IMG/VR virus record: IMGVR_UViG_3300011113_000805
Location: 193,179-257,178 of that record
DNA length: 64,000 nucleotides
Strand: one strand, 5' to 3'
Shown: positions 47,035 through 57,007 of the stretch, piece after piece
Numbering within the stretch: the stretch's first letter is position 1
How the letters are laid out: every line of letters starts with the position of its first letter
Position numbers and translations under genes: made by a program
Notes under the pieces: generated by a model
Databases searched by the model: none
What the model saw: only the letters and a program-made list of their open reading frames with translations
What the model was told of the DNA's origin: nothing

Positions 47035-47326
47035 AAATCTCTACAGCGGATGATGTGGAAAAACCATGAGGAGCACGAATTCGACCCTTCATAACACAAT
47101 AGACACGGTCGCGGAACACTTCAACTGATTTTGTCCTGGGAGGTAGATGAGTCTCACCGGCATCATCATGTGGAAGGATTTTGCCTGTCAGAATGTCTTT
47201 GCGTAGTTTCTCGCGCCAATATTCAATCTCACTATCGGTAAGGGCTTTCCAACCAATAAATCCCGAATGAAAGTTTGGGATGGGCCTAACAAGATCATTC
47301 TTATGAAATTTGAACCGTTTCCCCAT
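46976..47326 (-). CDS. Hypothetical protein
   Basis: ORF track; GAGG RBS. Confidence 0.55.
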   Translation of the reverse strand: MGKRFKFHKNDLVRPIPNFHSGFIGWKALTDSEIEYWREKLRKDILTGKILPHDDAGETHLPPRTKSVEVFRDRVYCVMKGRIRAPHGFSTSSAVEIFDFTTGEIIWVSEYHLEHI

Positions 47327-47362
47327 TGTATAAATCCTCAGGAGTTAATTCATATAGCGAAA

Positions 47363-47638
47363 CTATAGTTCTTCAAGATTTTCAATCTTTGCAAGGAAGA
47401 TCTTCCCATTGCAAATGACAGCAATTGGATCACTGCGTTCCCTTGACTTCCATGGAATGATCATGCAAATGTCATTTTCCCTTGGAAATGTTGCTGAGTC
47501 GATTGATTGCTGAATCTGCTCAATAAGAGTTCCGGAATAGAAGTACTTGACGAGTGTTCCAGGCGGATATGTTCCATACACAAGAAGGTATGCATGCCTC
47601 TGCACTTGGACAACAAGTCTATGAAAGAATTCTTTCAT
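47363..47638 (-). CDS. Hypothetical protein
   Basis: GGAGG RBS; type A promoter at about 47653-47682. Confidence 0.6.
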   Translation of the reverse strand: MKEFFHRLVVQVQRHAYLLVYGTYPPGTLVKYFYSGTLIEQIQQSIDSATFPRENDICMIIPWKSRERSDPIAVICNGKIFLAKIENLEEL

Positions 47639-47696
47639 AACTGCCTCCTAAATAATATAATCACCTCAGAACAGGTTGAACACTATTTTGAAGCAA

Positions 47697-47966
47697 TTAA
47701 GATACCACCCTCAGCATATCGGATGTCAGGTAGTGTTTTCCTAAGATATGGGTTTCGCGATAATAATGCAACAATGTGAATATGGCAACAAGATCATTCT
47801 TTTCATTGCAATATTGGTCTGGAGCTTGCTTGACATTCAACACCATGGAAAGGCAACTTCCAGAGGAAACAAACTTTCCTCCAATACTGATGCTGACCAA
47901 TACCTCGCAAATTTGTCCCAAGAATTGTTCCCTGATTTCTTCAAATTTAAGCATGGTAATTACCAT
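47697..47966 (-). CDS. Hypothetical protein
   Basis: ORF track. Confidence 0.45.
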   Translation of the reverse strand: MVITMLKFEEIREQFLGQICEVLVSISIGGKFVSSGSCLSMVLNVKQAPDQYCNEKNDLVAIFTLLHYYRETHILGKHYLTSDMLRVVS

Positions 47967-48026
47967 TTATACGCAAATGAAGTATCATCTAGATCATTCT
48001 GGTGTTCTGGCAGACTACACGGTGCC

Positions 48027-48347
48027 TTAGTCTAGGTCATCACTGTCAGATGTAGGAGTTGGATTTCGATTGGGACCTGACTTTACCTTTTGAATGCATT
48101 TTGCTGGTAGAAAATACCACTCGAGACCGTTCTTGCCAACAACATGAACCCAAAACCATGGTTGATTTGGGAATTTCGCGGCTGAAATTGGAAAGCTATC
48201 AGGCATTCTGGCTTCATGAGGTGGCATGGCTCCTTGAGCCTTAACGTCAATCAATATAACATGGCCTAACGTTGGGATCTTGACAAGCTCACCGATAAAA
48301 TTAAGAAGCCGCTTTCTTGCAGCATCCCTCTCATTTTGAGTAGGCAT
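48027..48347 (-). CDS. Hypothetical protein
   Basis: ORF track. Confidence 0.55.
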   Translation of the reverse strand: MPTQNERDAARKRLLNFIGELVKIPTLGHVILIDVKAQGAMPPHEARMPDSFPISAAKFPNQPWFWVHVVGKNGLEWYFLPAKCIQKVKSGPNRNPTPTSDSDDLD

Positions 48348-48352
48348 AGCGC

Positions 48353-48622
48353 TTACCTGGGCATACTTCGAAGTTTTCCCATCGATGGCGGCTTCAGTGC
48401 AAAACTTTCCAAGTTTTCATTTGTGAGATACGGAAGATAAGCCTTTAGCATCATGTTGAAGCTTGATTCCGGAACTTGTCTATGTGAGAGACTATTGCTC
48501 TGTTGGTAAGATGCCAAGGCCTGATTAATCGTGTAAAGTCCATTCCCTTGCAACACCATTTTGTAAATGATGAGACGCTCGGCAGGAGACCAATTTCTTC
48601 CACGAGGTAGGCGTTTACTCAT
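48353..48622 (-). CDS. Possible helix-turn-helix protein
   Basis: RNWSPAER...G...INQAL. Confidence 0.4.
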   Translation of the reverse strand: MSKRLPRGRNWSPAERLIIYKMVLQGNGLYTINQALASYQQSNSLSHRQVPESSFNMMLKAYLPYLTNENLESFALKPPSMGKLRSMPR

Positions 48623-48820
48623 TGTTCTTCTTCCTCAGGTGGTCCTAAAACCAATTCAAGTCCTTGATAAACAGCATCGAGAATATCCTCCTCAGGAATT
48701 CCCTCGGCTGCAGCCTGAATAACTAGCTCATTGATCTTGTTAAGTAAGTCATTTGAGAATGTCATCAATTTGGCTCCTCCTGATTATAGGACACTGTGCA
48801 CAGTGTACAACTATTTACCA

Positions 48821-49555
48821 TCAACGTTGATATACTTCATCAAAGATACACGCCAACTGTTTTCCCATCAATCTAGGCATTCTATCAATAGGAAATCCCA
48901 TTTTGCTTAATGCGACGCGGGCTTCATTGTGCCTTGCTTCAAGTTGGGACAAACCGTTAGGTTCAGTCTTAATTTTGTATTTGTAATTAAGCCATTGTCG
49001 ATCTTGCAATTTGCAGTCATCTTCGATTGGAGGGGTTTGAGGATCCTCATAATTGTCAAACTCTAGTGCCTCTATTTCACCACTCTTTGCGCGATTATTA
49101 TAGTTCTTCCAAATTTTGGCAGCTGAGTCACTCGTTTCGCTTCTATCTGATGTGAGTCCGCCATAGTACCACATTGCAGCTTCATATGCAGCAGGTCCCA
49201 TTCCTGTTCCTGGCCACGCAGCTGAGAACTCAACATAGTAAGAACCTAAACACTCAGCATTCCAACTCAATTTATTCACTTTTCTAACAAAAACACCTGA
49301 TTTGACAATGGGATTACCTAATTCTAAAGACTCCTCAATAGCAAAAGGTATTGCCTCTGTGGCCCTGGCATATCTCACACTTTCGATTAGCAGATTTGGA
49401 TCATAGATTGCAACCCCCTCCAGCTCGTTTTTATGGCCGCGATGCATGATATCGCAAATTGCATATCCCATACTAACAGCACGTGAAATCGGCGATGTTG
49501 ATTCAGTCAGCATCATGTGAAGTATTGTTTCTCGAATAAATTCCCTTAGGATCAT
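48821..49555 (-). CDS. Leader-bearing GNAT-like protein (family G)
   Basis: MILREFIRE..LTE; GTGMGPAAYE, LTSDR..TS..A.KIW. Confidence 0.6.
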   Translation of the reverse strand: MILREFIRETILHMMLTESTSPISRAVSMGYAICDIMHRGHKNELEGVAIYDPNLLIESVRYARATEAIPFAIEESLELGNPIVKSGVFVRKVNKLSWNAECLGSYYVEFSAAWPGTGMGPAAYEAAMWYYGGLTSDRSETSDSAAKIWKNYNNRAKSGEIEALEFDNYEDPQTPPIEDDCKLQDRQWLNYKYKIKTEPNGLSQLEARHNEARVALSKMGFPIDRMPRLMGKQLACIFDEVYQR

Positions 49556-50265
49556 GTGATTTTTACACCTCTAACTGTGATGGGAAGCACCAATGACCAA
49601 TTGCCGCTAGCGGCTAGTTGCAGCATTGCATCAGGCCTATAGACCGTCTTTCGAACCAAGCTATTTTTGCTTCTTAAAAGCCAGTCTTTGCGAGCCCTAA
49701 GATAAGCAGTCACCCAGGCTTTTTCATCACCTCCATTTCTTGGGGAAGCTTCTGGAAACGCTGCTCGATGTGTTGCTACCCTACCAGGACCACTGTGAAT
49801 GCAGGTATCGTAGATCGCTAAAACACCTAGCGCAGTCGATATACCAGCGCTCGCTGCATGATTAAGAGCCGGCTGGAAGTAGTCCTCATCAAAGACTTCA
49901 TCCTGGGCACGCCACATAATGGGATCAGGCCCTGCTTCACGAAGAAGCCTGATCAACTGTATCACTTCATCTCCCCAAGGACCCTTAGGTGGGACACGCG
50001 TTGAGGTATTCGAGCCAAGAGCAGGAAGAAAAGCTGCCAGTTCATTTGAAAGTTTTCCACCCAATCGGATGTAAGTTCGAACCACTCTATCTAAAGATCC
50101 AGATCGATCTGTAGACTGATGCTTTCCATATGAGATACCGGCTCCATCTGCAAGTATTGTGCAAGTCGAATACGAGCTAGGGCTCGGGATTCTGCCTGTT
50201 TCGAAAATAGAAAGAACGGAGTCAATAACACGCTTTTGTTCTGTGGTAAGCACTGGTAATGTCAT
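49552..50265 (-). CDS. Chitosanase (GH46)/lysozyme-fold hydrolase, putative endolysin
   Basis: SIFETG, DGAGISYG.HQ.T, YDTCIHSG. Confidence 0.65.
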   Translation of the reverse strand: MTLPVLTTEQKRVIDSVLSIFETGRIPSPSSYSTCTILADGAGISYGKHQSTDRSGSLDRVVRTYIRLGGKLSNELAAFLPALGSNTSTRVPPKGPWGDEVIQLIRLLREAGPDPIMWRAQDEVFDEDYFQPALNHAASAGISTALGVLAIYDTCIHSGPGRVATHRAAFPEASPRNGGDEKAWVTAYLRARKDWLLRSKNSLVRKTVYRPDAMLQLAASGNWSLVLPITVRGVKIT

Positions 50266-50927
50266 GCAGTCATTCCTGCAGCTTCTGCAAGAGCTATTAC
50301 GTGATCTTCACGAACTTTAAACACAACCTGATGATTGACACGTTCAACCCATCCTACATTAAAAAATCTGGGAATTCCGTTCTCTTTTGTGATCCAATGC
50401 TCATTTGAAAGTTTCTGATCGGGAACACAATTTTCTATTGCGGTCCATCGATCGCTATCCGACCACCCAATTTCATCACCATATTCATCAAATTCTGTGT
50501 TGTGTTCCTCATATGCCTTCCAGCTGAAGTCTGGGCCGTAAGGATTGCGAGGGGAGTTTGGGCACCACCACCCAATTGGCTTGAATAATTTCGCATCCTT
50601 TGCGGCATAAACATAATGTCTCGAATACACATCTTCTTCATTTAACCCTTTAAGGCAACCTTGAATTGTTGGGGCGACAGACATTCTGGGAGTTGTTTCA
50701 TCCTCAATCACATTTCCATGCATGTCCTCGTATGGAGAACTTGGCACTTGTAGTCGTGGCATAAATGAATCACCAAGCCATTTAGTGGTTAGGTGAAATG
50801 CATTAAACCTCTTCTCAAATTTTGCAATCTTCCTAGGTTGACGCATGCGTCTCTTTGTGTACAGAGGAATTTCAGTCTCTTCAAGATTGAGGGTTTCAAC
50901 TAATGACAATATTCTTGAATTTCTCAT
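50262..50927 (-). CDS. Hypothetical protein, possible ART-like fold
   Basis: FHLT...ED.TTPR..VAPTI.GCL...VPD....EHW. Confidence 0.4.
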   Translation of the reverse strand: MRNSRILSLVETLNLEETEIPLYTKRRMRQPRKIAKFEKRFNAFHLTTKWLGDSFMPRLQVPSSPYEDMHGNVIEDETTPRMSVAPTIQGCLKGLNEEDVYSRHYVYAAKDAKLFKPIGWWCPNSPRNPYGPDFSWKAYEEHNTEFDEYGDEIGWSDSDRWTAIENCVPDQKLSNEHWITKENGIPRFFNVGWVERVNHQVVFKVREDHVIALAEAAGMTA

Positions 50928-51733
50928 GTATCCCCCGTCCATTTATGAACAAGTTGCTTCCATTCATTCTGCGCCATTGTTTGCATTGTGCTGTTGAAAA
51001 CTGGTAATCCTGTTTTTTCAATTAATTCGATTATGTGCAGAGGGTCATGTCTATGCAAGCTTGTATCGCGTCTATTCCAATCTTCAATAATAATTCCTAT
51101 AGGACTCCAGTTATCTACAATGAGTTCATTCGATCCATGCATGTTTTCATCGAACGTTTCCTTGCCAAGGATATAGTAATCGGCTGTCTCATCAAATCCT
51201 CCTGCAGGATCAGATAAAAAAATGTTTGGTCGTTTTGGCAAGCCAGATGAAGCATACTTTGCAAAGTTTAAAGGCTTGACATGCTTATGATACCCAGAAA
51301 CAACTGCGTCCATATCATTGGCGGCCAGCGTTGTTCTTCCTTGAATGACAATTCCAATGGGACCCCACCCACTCATGCGGGTAAGAATCTTTTTTCCAGG
51401 AAGATAAGCCATAGTTGACACCTCGTTCTTCCTGCTCATGGAGAGAAATCTTCCTATATCAGCAGGCTTAACCCAGTGAACTTTAACAAGGGACTTCATA
51501 AATTCATGGTCAGCCTCAGCATTCCAAGCTCTCTTCACATCTTTGGCACCCTTTTTCAACCAAGAGGGACTTGTATCAAAAAAAGGATCATTTATCCAAT
51601 AATCAGGTTCTGATTCCTGATCTATGAATGAGCTTGCATAGACTCTATTATAATTGATGTTACTAGTTCTAGATTTGAAGCCCTGACGATCTTCAGCTAA
51701 GAACTCACGTATAAGTGTAAGCACAGTCTTCAT
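50924..51733 (-). CDS. Leader-bearing hypothetical protein
   Basis: MKTVLTLIREFLAE. Confidence 0.6.
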   Translation of the reverse strand: MKTVLTLIREFLAEDRQGFKSRTSNINYNRVYASSFIDQESEPDYWINDPFFDTSPSWLKKGAKDVKRAWNAEADHEFMKSLVKVHWVKPADIGRFLSMSRKNEVSTMAYLPGKKILTRMSGWGPIGIVIQGRTTLAANDMDAVVSGYHKHVKPLNFAKYASSGLPKRPNIFLSDPAGGFDETADYYILGKETFDENMHGSNELIVDNWSPIGIIIEDWNRRDTSLHRHDPLHIIELIEKTGLPVFNSTMQTMAQNEWKQLVHKWTGDT

Positions 51734-51776
51734 TCTTGGCAGCACCTTGCTATGTACTACATAGGCATTACATGTG

Positions 51777-52367
51777 TCAGTCTTCATCAAGCAAGGTGTA
51801 TGTAAATGACTTGAAGCCGTTCACGGCAACTTGTCGCTTGCAAAGCTTCATGAACTCTTCGAAGTCCTTGTCCATTGCCCAAACCTGACATCCTGCGCTC
51901 CATTTATCGACATTTGTAGAGTTACGACCGGCACGATGCAAATTGATGCCGTAAAGACCCTCTGTAATAGTTTTAGGATCTAGATTAAGGACATCATCCT
52001 TGTTGTTGTCACGATAAGTCTTTACTGGCTTTACCTGCCTAAGGGCTTCCTTTCCGCTATGAAGACCAATTTCCCAGCCACCACGATACTGACCAGGAAC
52101 CAACGCAGCGCACCCTTTGGAGTTCATGGTTGTCTTCATCCAATAAAGACCTGGGTCGGTAGTCGCTACCCAGCTCCAGAGCCTCATTGCACCGGTATCA
52201 TCCTTGCATGCAACAAAGATGCGATCATCGAACTTGTTAACGGTGCCAGTTTTCCTTCGAACACCAACAATATTCAGGTCCCAACTCTTTGTTTCAAAGG
52301 TGACATAACCCTTTGACTTTACCCAATCAAGTAGCTGTTGTGGTGTTTTTATGTCTTCAATTTTCAT
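51777..52367 (-). CDS. L,D-transpeptidase-like cell-wall enzyme
   Basis: GINLHRAG...WSAGCQV (His/Cys dyad motif). Confidence 0.6.
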   Translation of the reverse strand: MKIEDIKTPQQLLDWVKSKGYVTFETKSWDLNIVGVRRKTGTVNKFDDRIFVACKDDTGAMRLWSWVATTDPGLYWMKTTMNSKGCAALVPGQYRGGWEIGLHSGKEALRQVKPVKTYRDNNKDDVLNLDPKTITEGLYGINLHRAGRNSTNVDKWSAGCQVWAMDKDFEEFMKLCKRQVAVNGFKSFTYTLLDED

Positions 52368-52385
52368 CTTTATGAATCCTTAGTG

Positions 52386-52658
52386 CTATGTATCACTTTC
52401 GTAAGGAAATGGCATCAAATATTTCTCTGAAGCCCACGTGAAAGTATGATCTTCAATGCCGTACACAAGGTATTCGTTGGCAAGTTGATACTTTTCAATA
52501 AAGATAGAATTGTTATCCCTTGCACTGCAAATGTGTGATCCACCACAATGATCAAGCCTGACATTCAAAATCATAACTACTGGCGGATTACGAACAAGGT
52601 CAGAGATTGAATATCGACAAGAAAACACTGCCAGATCACCTTTAGAGAACCTGGACAC
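52386..52658 (-). CDS. Hypothetical protein
   Basis: FSKGDL; degenerate type B element upstream. Confidence 0.55.
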   Translation of the reverse strand: MSRFSKGDLAVFSCRYSISDLVRNPPVVMILNVRLDHCGGSHICSARDNNSIFIEKYQLANEYLVYGIEDHTFTWASEKYLMPFPYESDT

Positions 52659-52732
52659 TGCGTCCTCCCTATGATATGATCTGTTACTATAGCACTAGCA
52701 TTTAGTACAGGACAAAGATAAACTTTTGCTAA

Positions 52733-53497
52733 TTATTTATTTCCAGAAAGTTTTCTAATTCTTCTTATAGATTGCCCCTGTTTTCGAAGTTCACGAGCAC
52801 GATTTACTCTATCCTTTGCATCTGATGACTCATCACCGGTGATGCTATTGATCACAGTAATTTTTGTGATAGGTGTTACGACTCGTTTCACTTCATCAAG
52901 ATTTCTAATGTCATCATCATAGAAGTAAATTTCATCGTACACATGCGCTGGAATTCCGCCATTGATAAAGGCTTTTCCTTTGCTTCGATGTGTTGAATCA
53001 CCCCAGCCTCCAACGCAAATAATTCTGGCAATTGGAACTTTGACACCGGCATGCTGAAGAATAAAACTGGCAATTCCACTTTCGTCCCCTGACTTTCTCC
53101 CTGTGAGAACCCAAATGTCACTGCCGGTCTGACTGGCATCCTGCAAGTGTCGAATACCATTAGCAATGGGCTTTGCAGACGTGTGATCAACATGCACGAT
53201 GTCGCTGAAGTCTAGGGCAACAACATGTCCATCGATGAGATCACCGCCATGCTGGATTGATTTGACACCATGCGAGTCCATTGCCTGCGAGAGATCTGCA
53301 AACTCTCGGCTAGTGAGAGAATATCGAAGAGCATTTGGCAAATATTCCAGGCGAGAATGACGAGTTTTCTCAAGGCCTGGAATACGATGAATCTCTACGG
53401 GATCTCCCTGAAAGTAGGGGTGTGCATAAATCATCGCATCCGAGTGCGACAGGGTGTCATCAAAGTCAAAGACATGTGCAGTTTTCATTGCCGGCAT
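52733..53497 (-). CDS. HAD-superfamily phosphatase (RNA-repair type)
   Basis: FDFDDTL, LTGR, K, FYDDD..N. Confidence 0.75.
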   Translation of the reverse strand: MPAMKTAHVFDFDDTLSHSDAMIYAHPYFQGDPVEIHRIPGLEKTRHSRLEYLPNALRYSLTSREFADLSQAMDSHGVKSIQHGGDLIDGHVVALDFSDIVHVDHTSAKPIANGIRHLQDASQTGSDIWVLTGRKSGDESGIASFILQHAGVKVPIARIICVGGWGDSTHRSKGKAFINGGIPAHVYDEIYFYDDDIRNLDEVKRVVTPITKITVINSITGDESSDAKDRVNRARELRKQGQSIRRIRKLSGNK

Positions 53498-53516
53498 CGC
53501 TCATTGCATTAAGTAT

Positions 53517-53732
53517 TCACTCACATCGCATGGTCTCATCTGCCGGAACTTGAATTAGGGATCCATCCCTGTCAAGCCGAATGGTTGCCCACATTCTTTG
53601 CTGCGCTGCTCCACCAACGAGATGCATATCTGTCTGATGAAATGTGAGCTCCACAACTGTTCCAACTTGGTTCATGTTGAAAACTGGGTGAACCCTATCA
53701 TTGATTTTTACCATCTTTCTTCTCCGAAACAA
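53517..53732 (-). CDS. KOW/SH3-like small protein
   Basis: KINDRV...GTVV. Confidence 0.5.
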   Translation of the reverse strand: MFRRRKMVKINDRVHPVFNMNQVGTVVELTFHQTDMHLVGGAAQQRMWATIRLDRDGSLIQVPADETMRCE

Positions 53733-53827
53733 TATTTTACTTTTGCTATTTAATAGGATATGGCGATTTTTAACAATGTTTAGCTTAAACTCTCACAAAT
53801 GATACATAGACTTATAGGAGTTTTGTC

Positions 53828-54166
53828 ATGTTGGACTACACCGAAGTCATTGTTGGTGCACTAACTACCGCAGGAACAGTTCTTGGAAGCTCAGCTGCCT
53901 GGAAGTTCTGGGAGAAGAGAGCTGGTGAGAAGGCAAAACAAGCTGAGATGGATCGAAAGGATGATAACCTCTTCAGAGATGATCTTCGTGAAAGGGTCGC
54001 AGCTCTAGAGGCAAAGCTTGAGAAGTCAGACAAAGAGAAGCAAAGTCTCCAGAAAGAAGTCATCAAGCTTGTGGAGAAAATCGCAATGCTATCTGTTGAA
54101 GTAGATTTCCTAAGAAAGGAAAACACAGAGTTGCGTGAAAAATTAGGCTATGCAGGAAATGATTAA
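53828..54166 (+). CDS. N-terminal TM + coiled-coil protein (holin-like candidate)
   Basis: Hydrophobic N-terminus, heptad tail; AGGAG RBS; ATACATA upstream. Confidence 0.55.
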   Translation: MLDYTEVIVGALTTAGTVLGSSAAWKFWEKRAGEKAKQAEMDRKDDNLFRDDLRERVAALEAKLEKSDKEKQSLQKEVIKLVEKIAMLSVEVDFLRKENTELREKLGYAGND

Positions 54167-54196
54167 CCATTTCATTCCTTGCAAGATTAAGATCAT

Positions 54197-55321
54197 TCAC
54201 CTTGTTAGGTAACCGGTACCAACCAGCTTATAGCTAATTTTTTCGTTTAGCTGTAGGCCTGGAGAAATTTCAATTGGATAATCACCTCGAATTACAATTC
54301 CTTCCCTCACGTGATTTGCGCCTGGGATATGGGTGGATCCTTCACTAAGGCTAATAATTTCAGAAGGAATTCCCTTCTCGGTGTTCCATGTTGTTTCAGA
54401 CAAAATCGGCACCATGGGAATGTCAAGTTCATTGCAAAAATTTACAAGCTCGGCAAAGGTTAGCCATGTTTTGCTATTTGAATTCCAGCAATCGAAAGCC
54501 CTAAATTCGGCGCCCTCTTCAACACCATATTTTAGGTCTTGCACTTGCCCATACACTTCACCATATAGAAGGTAGCCGGGCTTTGACTTAAGCTTTTCTT
54601 TAAGATTAAACTTTTCTGCCACATCCCACCACAAACCACCAGAGCTTCCTTCTTCAGGCTCCTTCTTAAACAAGGTTCGAGATCGGACCCAAAACTTCAA
54701 ATCACCATGATGGCTAAGCCAGCCATATGATGAATTTGCTCCATGGATCTTCTCGGTTACCCATACCTGAGTTCCATTTGGAATGTTTTTCCAATTTTTG
54801 CTAAGAGAGTCAACATCATATTTTTCACAAGGCAATAGACCGACTGGACCGGAAACGGCTAGTCCTGGCTTAAATTTGCCACCTGCCTTGCCGGCATGCA
54901 TGTTTAGTTCATGCTTTTTGATTTGGAGTGCATCTGAAATTTCTTTATTTGTTTTTCCGATGTACGCAGAATCAAACGGAACAATAAGCCCCCTGCTCAT
55001 AATTCCACGAAGCTTCATTGCTTTAATTTTTGCATAACCATCGGACTTTGCATTTTTTGCAAGAAATGCAAATAGTGGATTAGAAACAGGCACCATAGGC
55101 TCGTTGACAGAATCCAGCCACAGTGCAATGTCACCCTTTTTGAAGGTACCACTCTTCACAATGGCAAAATTAACATTCGAACCATCAGGAGACACCAAAT
55201 CCAGTGCATCAGCGTTTGGATGCTTAAAGACATCTTCAATTGAAATAATCTCTACCAAAGGATTTGCTTCAGAAAAGGAGGGGATTTCATCAACAGGTTC
55301 ATCATTTACATGCGGATTCAT
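54197..55321 (-). CDS. RNA ligase, DRB0094 family
   Basis: HPNADAL OB-fold N-terminus, LRGIMSRGL, TEKIHG, YGE, FRAFD, REGIVI. Confidence 0.85.
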   Translation of the reverse strand: MNPHVNDEPVDEIPSFSEANPLVEIISIEDVFKHPNADALDLVSPDGSNVNFAIVKSGTFKKGDIALWLDSVNEPMVPVSNPLFAFLAKNAKSDGYAKIKAMKLRGIMSRGLIVPFDSAYIGKTNKEISDALQIKKHELNMHAGKAGGKFKPGLAVSGPVGLLPCEKYDVDSLSKNWKNIPNGTQVWVTEKIHGANSSYGWLSHHGDLKFWVRSRTLFKKEPEEGSSGGLWWDVAEKFNLKEKLKSKPGYLLYGEVYGQVQDLKYGVEEGAEFRAFDCWNSNSKTWLTFAELVNFCNELDIPMVPILSETTWNTEKGIPSEIISLSEGSTHIPGANHVREGIVIRGDYPIEISPGLQLNEKISYKLVGTGYLTR

Positions 55322-55425
55322 TTTAACTTATCCTCTTGATTAATTGGTGTGTATTCTAATGATAACCTGGCAACTGCAAATTTAATACGAAATTCCTAAC
55401 CAACATCTTCAAGCTGAAAATGCAA

Positions 55426-55992
55426 TCATAATGAAGCCGGCTTCCACCATGATGGTTCAGGTCCGTGTCGCCACTTCGCAAATCTCACCTTAGATCCCAG
55501 GTAGTAATTACGATAACTTTGGACAGGATCACCTGGCACTTTGTATTCTTCAGGCATTGCCAAGGCAAATGATGTAAGACCACTACCTGTTGATGCCCAT
55601 GCCGGTGGCTGTGTGTCAATCGCCCATTGAGTGACAGATTCAGATTTGATAATCTTTCCATATCGTGCAGTATATTCGTGACAAAGTCCTAATCCGTGCT
55701 TTGCTAACCAAGCATAATTCTCAGGTGTTTGTCGGGCCCAAACAGAGCAAGGATGATTTACATGTGTCATACTATAGGGTGGAACAAGATCAGGATCTGG
55801 AATATTGATAGCTAGCCACTCCTTTAGCTTCTTGCCGCGAAGCTCAACAGGCGGTGACAGCATCTTTTGCCAGCCTACCCAATGAACTGAGCATAAAACT
55901 TGGCAAGTTTCAAGTGACATTTTGCAAATATGCTTATCACATAGATCTTTTGCAGCTAGAATCGGATCCAGGTTGGTCACAAAGATATTCAT
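55426..55992 (-). CDS. Pyrimidine-dimer DNA glycosylase-like (DenV superfamily) protein
   Basis: MNIF..DP..AA..LCDKH..KM.LE..Q.L; NHPCSVW; EYT.RYGK. Confidence 0.75.
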   Translation of the reverse strand: MNIFVTNLDPILAAKDLCDKHICKMSLETCQVLCSVHWVGWQKMLSPPVELRGKKLKEWLAINIPDPDLVPPYSMTHVNHPCSVWARQTPENYAWLAKHGLGLCHEYTARYGKIIKSESVTQWAIDTQPPAWASTGSGLTSFALAMPEEYKVPGDPVQSYRNYYLGSKVRFAKWRHGPEPSWWKPASL

Positions 55993-56049
55993 TCATTCCT
56001 CTATGAGTATGTGATATCGAATTGTATTCATCCGATAGAATAATTTCAA

Positions 56050-56961
56050 TCAAGTGGTAGGAACAAACTTCTTGATATAATCCATCACAGCAAGCTCCTT
56101 TGCCTTTGCCTCGATGACAACATCAATATCGGCATTAAGATGCCGATAAGGACTATGAATATAGTCACTGTGAGCCGAGGGGGCAACAGATTTACCCTCA
56201 GTATTTCGGGCTGAGTTGGAGAGGTGAAAGACGGGCCGAATACCGCTAGGCCAGGTACTCATTGCAAGGCGAAATGCTTCCTCGTATGAGGTGTCACCGT
56301 GATTGTTGGCCACCTCAAAGTGATGAGAGTCGAAGACGATGGGAACCCCAAGGCGCTGATGGACAATGGCAAGATCATTGACGCTGTAGAGGGAGCCCTT
56401 GTCATCGTTTTCAAGGGTGATTCGTGCTTTCACGGATTCGGGCAAGAGATCCCAGTTCTTGCACCATCGGTCAATTGCTGATGCTTTGTCACCGAACGAG
56501 CCACCCATATGAATGTTGATCTTGGATTCACGAGACCGAGGAAGGCCCATTGCATCCATGATCTCACCATGAATGCGAAGGTCGCGAACACAATTGAGAA
56601 CAACTTTCTCACGAGGAGAGGTGAGGCAATTAAACTGCCCTGGATGAAAGGTGAGACGCTGGCCACCGCGCTTCGCAATGGCCGCGGCACGTTCCAGGTT
56701 GGAACGAATCGTTCGCCAATCAGGAAGATTCTCAAGCTCATATTCGGAAGCCCAAGGAAGGATCTCAGAACTCATTCGATAGAGCTTGATGCCATTCCGA
56801 TTATTCCAGTCAATGATCTTGCAGAGGTTCTCGGTATTTTCCACCCCAAGGCGTGAGGCCCAGGAGATACCCTCACGTTCCCAGGTTCGCTTGATCATAT
56901 GCCTGAAACCGCCCTGACGACCCAAGGTAAGATTGAGACAGGCGTAACCGAAGCGAATCAT
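56050..56961 (-). CDS. uvsE: UV DNA damage endonuclease
   Basis: FGYAC, YRMSS, HPGQF..L.S, INIH.GG, LENDD, FDSHH, AHSDYI, EAKAKE. Confidence 0.92.
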   Translation of the reverse strand: MIRFGYACLNLTLGRQGGFRHMIKRTWEREGISWASRLGVENTENLCKIIDWNNRNGIKLYRMSSEILPWASEYELENLPDWRTIRSNLERAAAIAKRGGQRLTFHPGQFNCLTSPREKVVLNCVRDLRIHGEIMDAMGLPRSRESKINIHMGGSFGDKASAIDRWCKNWDLLPESVKARITLENDDKGSLYSVNDLAIVHQRLGVPIVFDSHHFEVANNHGDTSYEEAFRLAMSTWPSGIRPVFHLSNSARNTEGKSVAPSAHSDYIHSPYRHLNADIDVVIEAKAKELAVMDYIKKFVPTT

Positions 56962-57007
56962 TTGAACCTCCTGAAAAATTATACCACAGGTGAGTGCCTA
57001 TTTACAA

